DNA of 64,000 nucleotides, from positions 2,914,001 through 2,978,000 of the forward strand of contig OX597840.1 in the NCBI GenBank assembly GCA_951406725.2. Direction: 5' to 3'. Positions 41,063 to 54,609 of this stretch are shown here, piece by piece. Source of the DNA: Octopus vulgaris (taxonomy: Eukaryota). The notes under the pieces were generated by a model. It made no database searches. It was not told the DNA's origin and worked only from the letters and a program-made list of their open reading frames with translations. Numbering within the stretch: the stretch's first letter is position 1; the number at the start of each line of letters is the position of its first letter. The position numbers were made by a program, and so were the translations under genes.

Positions 41063-41308
41063 TATAAGTAAGAGCTAAACAAAATTATTTCAAAGCCAAC
41101 ATGCTGATTTTCCACATATAATCTACTCGTTACAGAAAAAATTGAACTGAAGTCGGGCAAGCTGGCCGTTAGAATATTGAAAACGAATTTTAAATATTCT
41201 AACGGCCAGCTTGCCCGACTTCAGTTCAATTTTTTCTGTAACGAGTAGATTATATGTGGAAAATCAGCATGTTGGCTTTGAAATAATTTTCTTTAGTTCT
41301 TACTTATA
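41063..41308. repeat. Near-perfect 116-bp inverted repeat with a 14-nt spacer
   Basis: 41063-41178 versus 41193-41308, with two mismatches seen. Abuts (TA)n. Confidence 0.93.
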
Positions 41309-41409
41309 AGTTGTTTATAATTTTAACCGTAAAGGTATTTTAATATGCTGCCACATTTCTTGATGGAATTCTTTTCTGTAGAGAAAAAAACTTCATCCTA
41401 TATTAGTAG

Positions 41410-41460
<51 letters not shown>

Positions 41461-41468
<8 letters not shown>

Positions 41469-42378
41469 ATATAAGAAAAAGGGACAGGCAAAACAGATTG
41501 CTTGACCGCATACCGAATTACAGGGTCTGTCATGCCCGGAGTCCAACTTTGATAGAAATAAGCATTCTTGACTGCTATTTCTATTTTTTCGGTATGCGGT
41601 CAAGCAACCTGTTTTGCCTGTCCCTTTTTCTTATATACAATATATATACTGAACTTTACAGAAGTTCCTGCCGGTAATCGGCTATATTTACATACCGAAT
41701 TCTACCAGTAAATAATTGGGGTTTTTTTAAAAGCCTTTATAGAAATTATTTACTCTTATCATAATATTACTATTTGGATTTTTCACTCCCTTTGACAACC
41801 TATTTTTGTAATGCGCATGGCAGAATTTTGGAGGGAAGATTTATGAATTCAAACGTCTATGTAGATTTAGCCTTTGCTCACTTTCTTCAAATATTTTGAT
41901 GTCGCATGGTCAGAAGGTTTGAGGTACGTAGCATTTGATAAATCTATGATAAATCTTTTTCAATGGAAAGCTGTGCTGAAGAAGGATGTGAAATATATAT
42001 GCAATATATATGAAATATATTTCTAAAATATATGGAATATATATTCAATATGTTTATAATCCAGAAACATGATGTTCACAGATAACCGCCAGACTTCGTA
42101 TTCGTTATCTATTCCTTCTGTTTTGCATATGTGAATTACAGGGTCTGTCATGCCCGGAGTCCAACTTTGATAGAAATAAGCATTCTTGACTGCTATTTCT
42201 ATTTTTTCGGTATGCGGTCAAGCAACCTGTTTTGCCTGTCCCTTTTTCTTATATACAATATATATACTGAACTTTACAGAAGTTCCTGCCGGTAATCGGC
42301 TATATTTACATACCGAATTCTACCAGTAAATAATTGGGGTTTTTTTAAAAGCCTTTATAGAATTTATTTACTCTTATC

Positions 42379-42385
<7 letters not shown>
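41461..42385 (+). mobile_element. Non-coding retrozyme-like/PLE-derived element in (TA)n: inverted 57-bp end, 253-bp direct repeats and an internal hammerhead
   Basis: Direct repeats 41515-41767 and 42133-42385 (period 618). 41461-41517 is the inverse of 41588-41645. (TA)n on both sides. Confidence 0.8.
41971..42081 (+). ncRNA. Type I hammerhead ribozyme-like motif (variant core, long stem II insert, GUU site)
   Basis: CUGUG-CUGAAGA-A-GGAU-(~70 nt AU-rich)-AUCC-A-GAAA-CAUGAUG-UU-CACAG. Confidence 0.7.
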
Positions 42386-42422
<37 letters not shown>

Positions 42423-43042
42423 CACATAAAAACGACGGACTTCTTTCAGGTTCCGTCTACCAAATCCACTCACAAGGCTTTGGTCGGCCCGAGGCTATAG
42501 TAGAAGTCACTTGCCCAATGTGTCACGCAGTGGGACTGAACCCGGAACAATGCGGTTCGTAAGCAAGCTACTTACCACACATCCACTCCTACGATTGCAA
42601 ACTTTGTGTCTGCTTTTGTGTGTTCTCCTCATCTTTCGCCCTCTGACAAATAAAACAAACCATCATCATCGTTACCATCATCAACATCATCATCACCAAC
42701 ATTATTATTATCATTGTTGTTGTTGTTCTTATTGTTGTTATTGTTGCTGTTGTTATTATCTGTTTCTATATTTGTGTCGTTCCCTCGGGTTTGTTTGTTT
42801 CGATATACAAAACTAGTTTGTTATTCTATCTAAGCACATATTTGCTAATTACCTATAATTGCTTTCAGATGTTGTTTACTTCCACTGCCAACCTCTTCGA
42901 CTCGTTAAGAGCATAAGGTGTGTTGGGGTGCGGCTGTAGTGCAGTTGGTACTATAATGCTGCTATATCATGGCCACATTCTAACAACTGAAACACGTGAT
43001 AGTTAAAAGATAATACTTAATGGACACACAAATACACGCACG

Positions 43043-43145
<103 letters not shown>

Positions 43146-43371
43146 GTGTGTGTCTGTGTTGTTCCCCTCAACATCGCTTGACAACCGATGCTGGTGTGTT
43201 TACGTCCCAGTAACATAGCGGTTCGGCAAAAGAGATTGATAGAATAAGTACTAGGCTTACAAAGAATAAGTCCTGGGGTCGTTTTGCTCGACTAATAGCA
43301 AGGTTACAGCATGGTCTCAGTCAAATATATATGTATATATATGTACAATTGAGTGATGAACTTTTGTATAT

Positions 43372-43417
<46 letters not shown>

Positions 43418-43419
<2 letters not shown>

Positions 43420-44067
43420 TGTACATTTAAACACATAAGAGGCATCCATCGTAGGATTCCTTGCAGCTTAGAGAGGACAGTTAAGTTCCAGATCACTACT
43501 AGAGAATGAAAAAATGTACACTGTATTTATATGAATAACATATAGGATAGCGAATATTTTTAGAAATTTCACCATCAAGATATTAGCCATCCCATATATT
43601 TACGAATATGCTTATAGCATTTCGAAGATCGGTTCGGCATTATTTATTTACTGCCGACGTTAACTGCGCTTGAGCTGTCAATTTTGAAAAAATTATAATA
43701 TATAAGAGGAGACACGTTTTATTTGTCTCTAAATTATATGTTAATTGTTATGGCACGGTTACTGATGAGGATTCGCCTAGCAAATTATTTTATTTGCTGA
43801 AGAAATCTGAAACCTAAGTATAACCGTAAAAAATGTACAAGGTAAAGGGTTTTATTTTTCGTTCCTTTCGAAAATTGCGCTTAAATGTGGTCTTGGTCGT
43901 CTTGACAGCTTCTTCTAGCATATAAAAATTACCTGTTAAAGATCGTTTTCTCTTGTGTTTAAATGTACACTATCTTATATTGAGAATATGTTGTCTATTG
44001 ACTTTTTATACATGCTAGGCCACTGGTGGAGAAATTTCTAAAAATATTCGCCATCCTATATATTTAC

Positions 44068-44073
<6 letters not shown>
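43418..44073 (+). mobile_element. Non-coding hammerhead-bearing element in (TA)n with inverted and short direct terminal segments
   Basis: 43418-43441 is the inverse of 43950-43971, ~43540-43575 is the inverse of ~44025-44062, and ~43578-43613 is a direct repeat of ~44040-44073. Confidence 0.7.
43755..43827 (+). ncRNA. Type I hammerhead ribozyme (canonical core, GUA site)
   Basis: ACGGUUA-CUGAUGA-GGAUU-[AGCAAAU/AUUUGCU hairpin]-AAUCU-GAAA-C-CUAA-G-U-A-UAACCGU. Stem I is a perfect 7 bp, and the predicted cut is after A43820. Confidence 0.85.
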
Positions 44074-44144
<71 letters not shown>

Positions 44145-44145
44145 G

Positions 44146-44480
44146 GGAGAGTTTACGAAAAAAACAAAAGACGAAGACAGGTGGTGTACAAAACAAACAG
44201 ATATATTAGTATAACGCTCAGGAATAGAAGAAGCCTTTTTACGTTTCGAGCCTACGCTCTTCTACAGAAAGGGACACAGAAAAAAACAAGGAGAGAAAGA
44301 AGAAGAGAAAAAAAGAGGAACAATACCAAACAACAAGAGGGCATGCACAAAGTATGTATGAGTTTGACGCTCCGTAAAACAAGATGGGTCCTGACGTTTT
44401 GAGCATAGCTCTTCGTCGGAAAATAGGAGGAAAATCCGAAGAAGAACAAAATTACCATCAGCACGTGTGTAGTTACATTG
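44146..44480 (-). mobile_element. PLE-derived non-coding element with two diverged tandem units, each carrying a mini-hammerhead (44234-44272, 44389-44423)
   Basis: Minus strand reads UUU-CUGUAGA-AGAGCGUAGGCUC-GAAACGUA-AAA and UUUU-CCGACGA-AGAGCUAUGCUC-AAAACGUC-AGGA. Confidence 0.7.
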
Positions 44481-44914
44481 CTGAACTGACCGGAAACTCA
44501 CGGACGCAATTTGCGTCCACATAATTTCGACCTTCATCCAGAAAGCATTGCTCAGCCGGGGACATCAGTAAAATGACTTTGTCGACGAAGTACTTTCATT
44601 CATCGTGGAATTAGGGCTAAGCGCCGGCCTTCTGATCCCGAGGGTTCATGTAAGACAAGGAAAAGAAAAATAGAGTTTAGCCGGATGATTTATCTTCGAA
44701 AAAATATATCGGCTTGACAGGATTTCACGATTCGTTCGCTTAGAAAAAAATTCTGCTTGGCAGATAAGAAATCCTCATAAAATAGCGACACCTAGCATGG
44801 TGGATAATTAACTCGGTTTTTTTGTTGGTCGTTTTTCTTCTTTCATTTCACTCTTCGGGCACAAAAGAACTCTATCCGAAGGGGAGATTATCGCATAAAT
44901 CACAGTCATTTGCT

Positions 44915-45430
44915 GTGGTTGTTGTTGTTGTCGTTGTTGCTGTCCTCGTTTCTGTTGCTGTTGTTGTTGCTACTGCTTTTGTTGTTTTTATTGGTGTTGT
45001 TGTTATTGGTGGTGGTGGTGGTGGTGGTGGTGGTGATGGTGGTGGTGGTGGTGGTGGTGGTGGTGGTTGTAATGGTGGTGATGGTTTTGGTGGTGGTTTT
45101 GGTGGTGGTGGTGGTTGTGATGGTGATGGTGGTGGTGGTGGTTGTGATGGTGGTGGTGGTGGTGGTGGTGATGGTGGTGATGGTGTTCATGGTGGTGGTG
45201 GTGTTTGTGGTGGTGGTGTTCGTGGTGGTGGTGGTGGTGGTGGTGGTGGTGGTGTTCGTGGTGGTGGTGATGGTGGTAGTGGTGGTGGCGGTGGTTGTGG
45301 TGGTGGTGGTGGTGGTGGTGGTGGTGGTGGTGGTGGTGGTGGTGGTGGTGGTGGCTGTGGTGGTGGTGGTGGTGGTGGTGATTTTGTTGCTACCGCTGCT
45401 GCTGCCGCTGCTGCTGCTGCTAATATTGTT
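44915..45430 (+). repeat. (GTT)n/(GGT)n/(GCT)n compound microsatellite
   Basis: Direct inspection. This is the source of the Gly-, Val- and Pro-rich ORFs. Confidence 0.9.
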
Positions 45431-45834
45431 GCTTCATGCTTAGTCATCAGTTCAGCCTTCTTTGATCAAATCCATGATCAGAGACATTCCAGCCGTGGCT
45501 ATTACGTTGACTTAAAACCAAATACATAATCCAATTACGTTATATAATATAAAATATCCTTACTTCCCGACAAAGTGCTTAACTTCATTTCGTCCCTTCA
45601 TTCAATACTCCTTTAATCCTTTCAGGGCCAGCAAAACGATTACCAGATAATTTCTGTGGGTCGGCGTAAATGACTTTCCCTTCCCTTCAACCAAATGATG
45701 GCTCTGTACTGAAATTGAAACCGTTATATCTAACAGCTGGAGCAACCACGTAGGGACTCCCTTGTTTGGTTGTTAACACTTGTTAACTTCTTCGTTCTAT
45801 TGACTGATGAAAAAATGAATTAGATTGACGAATA

Positions 45835-46425
45835 AAGGAAGGAAGGAAGGAAGGACGGAACGAAGGAAGGAACGAAGGAATGAATGAATGAAGGAAGGAA
45901 GGAAGGAAGGAAGGAAGGAAAGAAGGAAGGAAGGAAAGAATGAAATAAGGAAGGAAGGAAAGAAGGAAGGAAACAAGGAAGGAAGGAAGGAAGGAAGGAA
46001 GGAAAGAATGAAGTAAGGAAGAAAGGAAAGACAGAAGGAAGGAAGGAAAGAAGGAAGGAATGAAGGAAGGACGGAAGAAAGGAAGGAAGGAAGGAAGGAA
46101 GGAAGGAAGGAAGGAAGGAAGGAAGGAAGGAAGGAAGGAAGGAAGGAAGGAAGAAAGGAAAGAATGAAGTAAGGAAGGAAGGAAGGAAAGAAGGAAGGAA
46201 GGAAGGAAGGAAAGAAAGAATGAAGTAAGGAAAGACAGAAGGAAGGAAGGAAAAAAGAAAGGAAGGAAGAAAGAAAGAAAGAAAGAAAAAAAGGAAGGAA
46301 GGAAGAAAGGAAGGAAGAAAGGAAGGAAAAAAGGAAGAAAGAAAGGAAGGAAGAAAGGAAGGAAGGAAGGAGCGAAGGAAGGAAGGAGCGAACGAATGAA
46401 CGAACGAAAAAGGAAGGAGGGGAAT
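45835..46425 (+). repeat. (GGAA)n polypurine tract
   Basis: Direct inspection. Confidence 0.9.
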
Positions 46426-46566
46426 GGCTGTTCGTTCATCCCGCGTTACGTGCTGGTCTACTTATCCATGTTTCGGTGATTTCGTGCAACGTTTTATTTG
46501 AAAAATGGATTATCTTCAAGGAATCTATAAAAAGACGAGATGCAAAAGAGACCAACTTTGGTACGC

Positions 46567-46621
<55 letters not shown>

Positions 46622-46657
46622 TTAATAATAATAATAATAATAAAAATAAGAAGAATG

Positions 46658-46736
<79 letters not shown>

Positions 46737-46777
46737 CAATAATAATAAAAATAAGAAGAATGATAATAATAATAATG

Positions 46778-46826
<49 letters not shown>

Positions 46827-46873
46827 CAACGACAATAATAATAAAAATAATAAGAATGATAATAATAATAATG

Positions 46874-46913
<40 letters not shown>

Positions 46914-46960
46914 CAATAATAATAAAAATAAGAAGAAGAATGATAATAATAATAATAATG

Positions 46961-47033
<73 letters not shown>

Positions 47034-47080
47034 CAATAATAATAAAAATAAGAAGAAGAATGATAATAATAATAATAATG

Positions 47081-47165
<85 letters not shown>

Positions 47166-47576
47166 AAATAATAAAAATAATAATAATAATAATAATAATA
47201 ATGATAATAATAATAGTAAAAATAATAATAATGATAATGATAATAATAATAATAGTAAGAAGAAAGACAAGAGGATGAAGAAGTAGAAGGAGGTGAGGAG
47301 GAGGAGGCATAGGGGAGGATAGTAAGAACGACGTGAATAGTGCTTATATTTATCACAATAATAATAATGTTAATTATAACGAAAATGATGATGATGATGA
47401 TGATGATAAGGTGCAGGAGGACGAAGTGGGAGGAGGTGGAGGAAGTGGAAGAAAAGATGATGATATCGATGATGATGCGGCAGCTGCTGCTGCTGCTGAT
47501 GGTAATGAATATAATAGTACTAATAATAATAGCAATAATAGCACCAGCAATAGCAGCAGCAGCAGCAGCAGTGGTT

Positions 47577-47650
<74 letters not shown>

Positions 47651-47784
47651 GGTGGTGGTGGTGGTGGTGGTGGTGATGGTGGTGGTGGTGGTAGTAGTAG
47701 TAGTAGTAGTGGTGGTGGTGGTGGTGGTGGTGGTGGTAGTAGTAGTAGTAGTACTAATAATAATAGCAATAATAGCACCAGCAA

Positions 47785-47850
<66 letters not shown>

Positions 47851-47881
47851 CAGTAGTAATAGCAACAATAGCACCAGCAAT

Positions 47882-47943
<62 letters not shown>

Positions 47944-48052
47944 AAGTAGTGGTAGTAGTAGTAGTGGTAGTAGGAGGAGGAGGAAGAGGAGGAGGAGGAG
48001 GAGGAAGCGGAGGAGTTATAATAATAATAACAACACGAATAGGATTAAAAAC

Positions 48053-48089
<37 letters not shown>

Positions 48090-48165
48090 TGTTGATAATA
48101 ATACAACACAAGAACAACACAAGAACAAACAGCAAGAACAACAACAACAACAACAACAACAACAT
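46567..48165 (+). repeat. Compound trinucleotide field (AAT/GAT/AGT/GGT/AGC/AAC) with higher-order units
   Basis: aataaaaataagaagaatgat-like blocks recur about every 90-120 bp in 46635-47070. aatagcaccagcaa recurs three times in 47530-47885. Confidence 0.9.
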
Positions 48166-48660
48166 CAAGCATGCCACGTGTTTATGTTAACATGGATTCC
48201 AGGAAGAAAAAAAAAACCTGTTCTATTTTTACAAGAAATGGCGGCGGAATGGATTGATGGATGCGAGATAATGAAGGAACTTCAGAGAGATCTTTGAATG
48301 ATACGAGATGGGTGCAGATTTCTGTGTGGAAAAGGGTTTCTTTAGTCCGTTCCATCGCACGCTGTCGTCTCCATGTCAGAAAGATAAAAGGGAAATTTAG
48401 ATGGAGGAAGATAAATTTGTACGGCGTGTTGAGGTGAACGCTTTCTCGCTGACCGGACGCAATTCGGCTTTCGATACCTGTGAGTGCGTGTGTGTGCGTG
48501 TGTGCGTGAGAGAGAGGCCGTGAGTGCACGCGCGCGTGTGAATGCTTGTATGCATATATATATGTGTGTGTGTGTGTGTGTGTATACATATATATATATA
48601 TATATAAATAGATATATATATATACATATATATGTATACATATATATATATATATGTGTG

Positions 48661-48825
<165 letters not shown>

Positions 48826-48980
48826 AATTAATATAGACAGCAATGTACAATATTTTACCAAAAAGAAAGCTATTGTTATCACTAAATATGACTAGGATTT
48901 TAAAAACACCTCCATTGCTTGAAATAGGACCTAAAATGTTCTAATACTGTAGGCAAACCGCAACCGTATACATATATACT

Positions 48981-49021
<41 letters not shown>

Positions 49022-49054
49022 CGGGAAGCTTTATGAAAATAGACAAAAGACGAA

Positions 49055-49121
<67 letters not shown>

Positions 49122-49372
49122 CATATATATATATATGTATGTACCTGAATTATTTGTAGTTTGTAGTTCGTTCCTGTTTTAGTTTTGTTTTATGTGTTTT
49201 AACAAATGAAAAAGTACATTTTTTAAAACGAAAATTAATAAATATGAAACACGAAATCTACAATATGGAAGTGCATTTAAGATGCTATCAGTAAAGTGTG
49301 TGAAGTGAGAACGGTAAGTTTCGGGGTAAATACTTCCACTGTTACTACTACAACTATCACATCTACTCCTAT

Positions 49373-49413
<41 letters not shown>

Positions 49414-49648
49414 ATAATAATAATAATTATAATAATAATGATAATAATAATAACAATAATAACAATAATAATAATAACAATAATAATAATAATAATAGCA
49501 ATAATAATAATTGTAATAATAAGTGCAAGTGGGATTCATGTGCCTGGTGTACCCTTATCAGACGGGTAGTCATAATGGCCATGCTGGGTTCCATATATTT
49601 TACTCCAGTGTCACTTTGGTGACATGCACTGCTCGTGCACTGATAATC

Positions 49649-49786
<138 letters not shown>

Positions 49787-49849
49787 AAGAAGAAGAAGAA
49801 GAAGAAGAAGAAGAAGAAGAAGAAGAAGAAGAAGAAGAAGAATGAGCAA

Positions 49850-51805
49850 TAATATCATCGCAGAGAATGAGCAAATATCTGGAAGGAAAAAAACCTATTT
49901 CCAGAAGAGCAGACGTGATGCTGCAAGGGCTCATACGGCTGTAAAGATCAGCTGCTGATCAATAAAGCCATAACTGAAGATAGCCGCAGAAAGAAGAAAG
50001 GAGTAAGTATGGCCTGGATCGACTACCGAACGGTTTTTGATATTATTCTCAACACATGGATCCTAGAAAGTCTATCCATAATCAAAGTAGGACCAATAAT
50101 AATAAAATATATAAAACATTCCGTGAATAAAGCACAGTCAGCGCAACAGCTCTAGACAAAAGGGACTCATAAAAACCAAAGCCATCTCCGTTAGAAGAGG
50201 AAATATCCAGGGAGACACGCTCTCTCCACTCCTTCTCTGCTTGGGGTTGACTCCTTTATCTGACATGCTAAACAGAACTGGATGTGGATTCAACTGTTAC
50301 GGCAACCTCTTGAATATGGATGATCTAAATCTGTACACTTCAAATCATAAACAGCTGGAAACATTACTACAGAGAGTACATGGATTTACCAAAGAAATAA
50401 GCAAAATTTGAAAAGAGGGAAACTAGTTATGAGTAACACGATCAAACTAGATAAAGTAAATGAAATAAGAGTATTAGACCAAAGCCAGACATACAAATAC
50501 TTAGGGATCAATAAACTGGATACGATACATCTCACACAAGTGAAAGAAAAGATAATAAAAGGATACTATAGACGAGTTAGATTAATACTGAAAGCAGAGC
50601 TCAATGCGAAAGACAAGATAATAGGTATTAACACTCTAGCTGTCCCAGTTGTAAGTTTACAGATACAATATTCTCAACTGAACTGTAAATGAACTAATCA
50701 AAGCAGCCAGGAAAGCAAGAAAGTAATGACAGGATATAGGATTCACCACCGAAAATTTGATATAGAAATGTTAAGTATGCAACGTATCGAAGGGGTAGAG
50801 GCCTTATACAGCTAGAAAACTATTACAAACTAACCATCATAGGACCTCAGAAATACCTACTCTAGAAGCAAGCAAAATTAATACAAATAGCCATAAAACA
50901 TGTACAAGACAAAAAAACTGTTTTAAGTCTTTAAGGAAGCTGACAAATACAAAAATGAAGTCATAGTACCTAACAACTATGAAGAAAAAGAACAACAAAA
51001 GCTGTAAAACATATGGGATTCAAACTAAAACTGGAACAGCAACGGATCATGATAAAACGATGGCAAGAAAATCCCCTACGTGGCAAATATTGGGTTAAAT
51101 TGATTAGAAAAGAAATAGACAAAGCAAAATCCCAGCAATTGCTGAGAAGCTCAGGACTCAAAGCAGAGACAGAACCATTTACAATTGCAGCACTAGATCA
51201 AAGCCTTTCCACCAGAAATTACCCAAAACATGTAATAAAAAATACAAGCAATGTAATTAAAAAAATACAAGCAACTGCCGAATATTCGGACATAGAGAAG
51301 AAACAATAAATCATATTGTCTCTAGCTGCCCAATCCATGTTAAGAAGGAATATATTCACAGACACGACTGATTTGGAAGCTATGCCAATACTATGAATTA
51401 ACAACAGAAAAAAGATGGTATAGGCACACGCCACAAAAGGTCACAGAAAATGAGAAAGTGACCATACTATGGGATATGCTAATACACAGGGCAAAAGAAA
51501 TTAAGTCCAACAGGCTGGATATAGTTGTCAGAGCCACCAAGAAAAAAAATGCTTTCTAATCGATGTATCAATACCGACATCTGAAAATGTTCCTCTAAAA
51601 GAAATGGAGAAAAACAAAGATCTGGAAATAGAGGTAACTCGAATGTGAAGCCGGAAAACAGAAACAATTCCTATCATAGTAGGTGCATTTGGTATGGTAA
51701 AAAAATATTTTGACTAATAAATCGCAAAAACAGTAGGACTAACAAGCATATATAACATACATTAAATAGCACTACTAGGCACTGCGCACATTCTATGTAA
51801 AACAC
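49850..51805 (+). pseudogene. Older, frameshifted R4/Dong-like element (RT + knuckle region + RLE)
   Basis: GCKDQLLINK, MAWIDYR, RGNIQGDTLSPLLLCL, MDDLNLY, YKYLGI, GLKAETE..AALDQSLSTRNY and RLDIVV..LIDVSIP. Same family as 1089-1847. Follows AAT/AAG tracts. Confidence 0.88.
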
Positions 51806-51838
<33 letters not shown>

Positions 51839-51864
51839 GAGCATCACTGCTGTTGTCGTTGTCG

Positions 51865-51937
<73 letters not shown>

Positions 51938-51969
51938 CTCTCTTCTATCTCCCCTCTTTCTCACTTCTC

Positions 51970-52052
<83 letters not shown>

Positions 52053-52106
52053 GATAATAATAATAATAACAACAATAACAATAACAACAATAATAACAAT
52101 AATAAA

Positions 52107-52187
<81 letters not shown>

Positions 52188-52331
52188 CATCTTTACTACT
52201 ATAGGTACAGCGCCTGAAATTTTTGTTGGAATGGTACAAATCGATTGAATCGACCTCAGTACTCGACTGGTACTTATTTTATCGACCCCGAAAGGCAAAG
52301 TCGATAATAATGATAATAATAATAATGACGA

Positions 52332-52393
<62 letters not shown>

Positions 52394-52619
52394 AACTCAG
52401 AACGATAAGAACAGTAAAAAAATAAATAGAATCTGACAACGAAGAAGTGTAAAGAGGACATTGGAAGGGGAAGAGAGAAAAGAGAGTAGGGGGAGGAGAG
52501 ACGTGTTGGAACTTTTACCACTGGATGAGTAAGTTGAGCCGTGCCAAAGGAGTAAATTTAATTTTAGAATGGAAACACTAAAAGCAGATACAGCTTATTG
52601 ACGAATAGGATCAGTCAGA

Positions 52620-53405
52620 TCATGATAGAGAGAGATGGGGAGAGGGGGAAAGAAAAGAGATTGAAAAAGTGAAAGGGAGAGAGGGGAGAGAGAAAGAGCG
52701 AGTGTCATTATGAGAGAGAGAGAGAGGAGAGTGAGAAAGTGCGTAGAGAGAGAAAGAGGGAAAGAAATTAGACAGAAAAAGAGATAGAGATAGAGGGAGA
52801 GGGAGAAAGAGAGAGGGAGAGAGGGGGAGAGATGGGGAGAGAAAGTGGGAGAGAGAGGGAGAGAAAGAAAGGCTAATAGGGGAGAGAGAAAGAGTGAGTG
52901 TATGTATGAGAGAGAAAGAGTACGTGTGTGAGAGAGAATGAGAGAGGGAGCGAGAAGTCAGAGTGAAAGAGAGTAAGGGAAGATCCATAGAGAGAGAGAG
53001 AGAGACAGAGAAAGTAGAGAGAGAAAAAGAAAGAGAAAGGTGAGAGGAAGGGGTAGAGAGAGAGAAAGAGTATGAGTGAGAGAGGAAAAGAGAGAAAGGG
53101 AGAGAGGGAGAGAGGAGAGTAAGGAAGAGTGTAGAGAGAGAAAGTTTATGTTTGTGAGAGAATGAGAGAGTAAATGGAGAGAGAGAGAGAAAGAGGAGAC
53201 AGAATAGGGGAGAGTAAACAGAGATAGGGTGAGTAGACAGCGAGAGAGAGAAAACAGAAAGATGGGGGAGGCGGAGAGGGTGTGTGAATGTATATATAAA
53301 AGAGAGAAGAATGAGAGAGAGTGAGCGTGAAAAAAGTATGTGTGAGAGAGGGAGAGAGAGAGAGAAAGAAAGACGAAAGAAAGTAAAGAAAGAAAGAAAA
53401 AAGAC

Positions 53406-53447
<42 letters not shown>

Positions 53448-53955
53448 GAAAGAAGAAAGGAAGGAAGGAAGGAAGGAAAGAAGAAAGGAAGAAAGGAAAG
53501 AAAGGAAGGAAGAAAGAAAGAAAGAAAGGAAAGAAAGGAAAGAAGAAAGAAAGGAAGGAAGGAAGAAAGAAAGAAAGGAAAGAAGAAAGAAAGGAAGGAA
53601 GAAAGAAAGAAAGAAAGAAAGAAAGGAAAGAAGAAAGGAAGAAAAAATGAAAGAAGAAAGAAAGGAAAGAAGAAAGAAAGGAAAAAAAAAGAAAGAAAGA
53701 AAGAAAGAAGAAAGGAAGAAAAGGAAGGAAGGAAGGAAGGTAGGAAAGAAGGAAGGAAGAAAGAAAGAAAGAAAGAAAGAAAGGAAGAAAGAAATGAAAG
53801 AAGAAAGAAAGGAAGAAAGAAATGAAAGAAGAAAGAAAGAAAAGGAAGGAAGGAAGGAATCAAGCAAGCAAAGAAGAAAAAACAAACAAACAAACAAATA
53901 AACAAATAAACAAACAACGAAAGGAAGAAAAGAAGGAATGACAAAGAAAGAATGA
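52620..53955 (+). repeat. ~1.3-kb purine-rich (GA/GAAA/GGAA) low-complexity tract
   Basis: Direct inspection. Confidence 0.9.
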
Positions 53956-54609
53956 AGCGGTGAGTGAAATTATGAAAGTAGTAGCAGCGAAGTTCATTGA
54001 AATCTGTTGAAAGGACGAAGAATACAACATTTATATCTTGGTTCCACTGTCACTGTTCTTTGCTGTTGTTGTTGTTGTTGTTGTTGTTTAATCTGTGGTC
54101 AGCTTAACCGAGTTTTTTTTTTCTTTTCCACAAACCTTCAGAACATCGATCGCTCACTCTTTCGGCCGATCTGTCCAGGTCACGGCATCCCTTCACTGAC
54201 ATCGTCCCATGGCGTTACTTGTTCCCGATGTCTCGCGTATACTCGATCACACCCATCCATATCTACAAGAATTGCTGGTCTATTCTACGCACCACCGCCG
54301 CCTCTCCGTCACGCTAGAGACACAGGGTTATAATGCTTTCCATCCGTGGCCACACCCCGCATTTTCTTTAATTTTTTTAATATTATTTAGGACATTTTTT
54401 TTCTATTCAACAACAGTTCTAGTCTTCTATTGTTCACAATATATATCCTATTTCCACTCCGCTTTGTTTAATAACACCGTTTGATGATTTGAGACACATT
54501 TAGCTATTCTGTCTAGCTGACATTGAAGTCTAAATAGAGGAGACCCTCTCGTTGATTCACACTTAGTTCTTATTGATTTTTCCCCATAGCAAGGATACAT
54601 ATATAGTTC

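Noticed and set aside
44575-44655. Minus-strand GAAAGUACUU resembling the PLE hammerhead 3' half
   Set aside because: No intact core or stem II.
49972-49995. CTGAAGA...GAAA
   Set aside because: It lies within RT coding sequence and has no flanking stems, so it is a chance match.
54130-54365. CpG-rich unique patch as a possible exon
   Set aside because: No recognisable product in the frames examined, so it is left unannotated.
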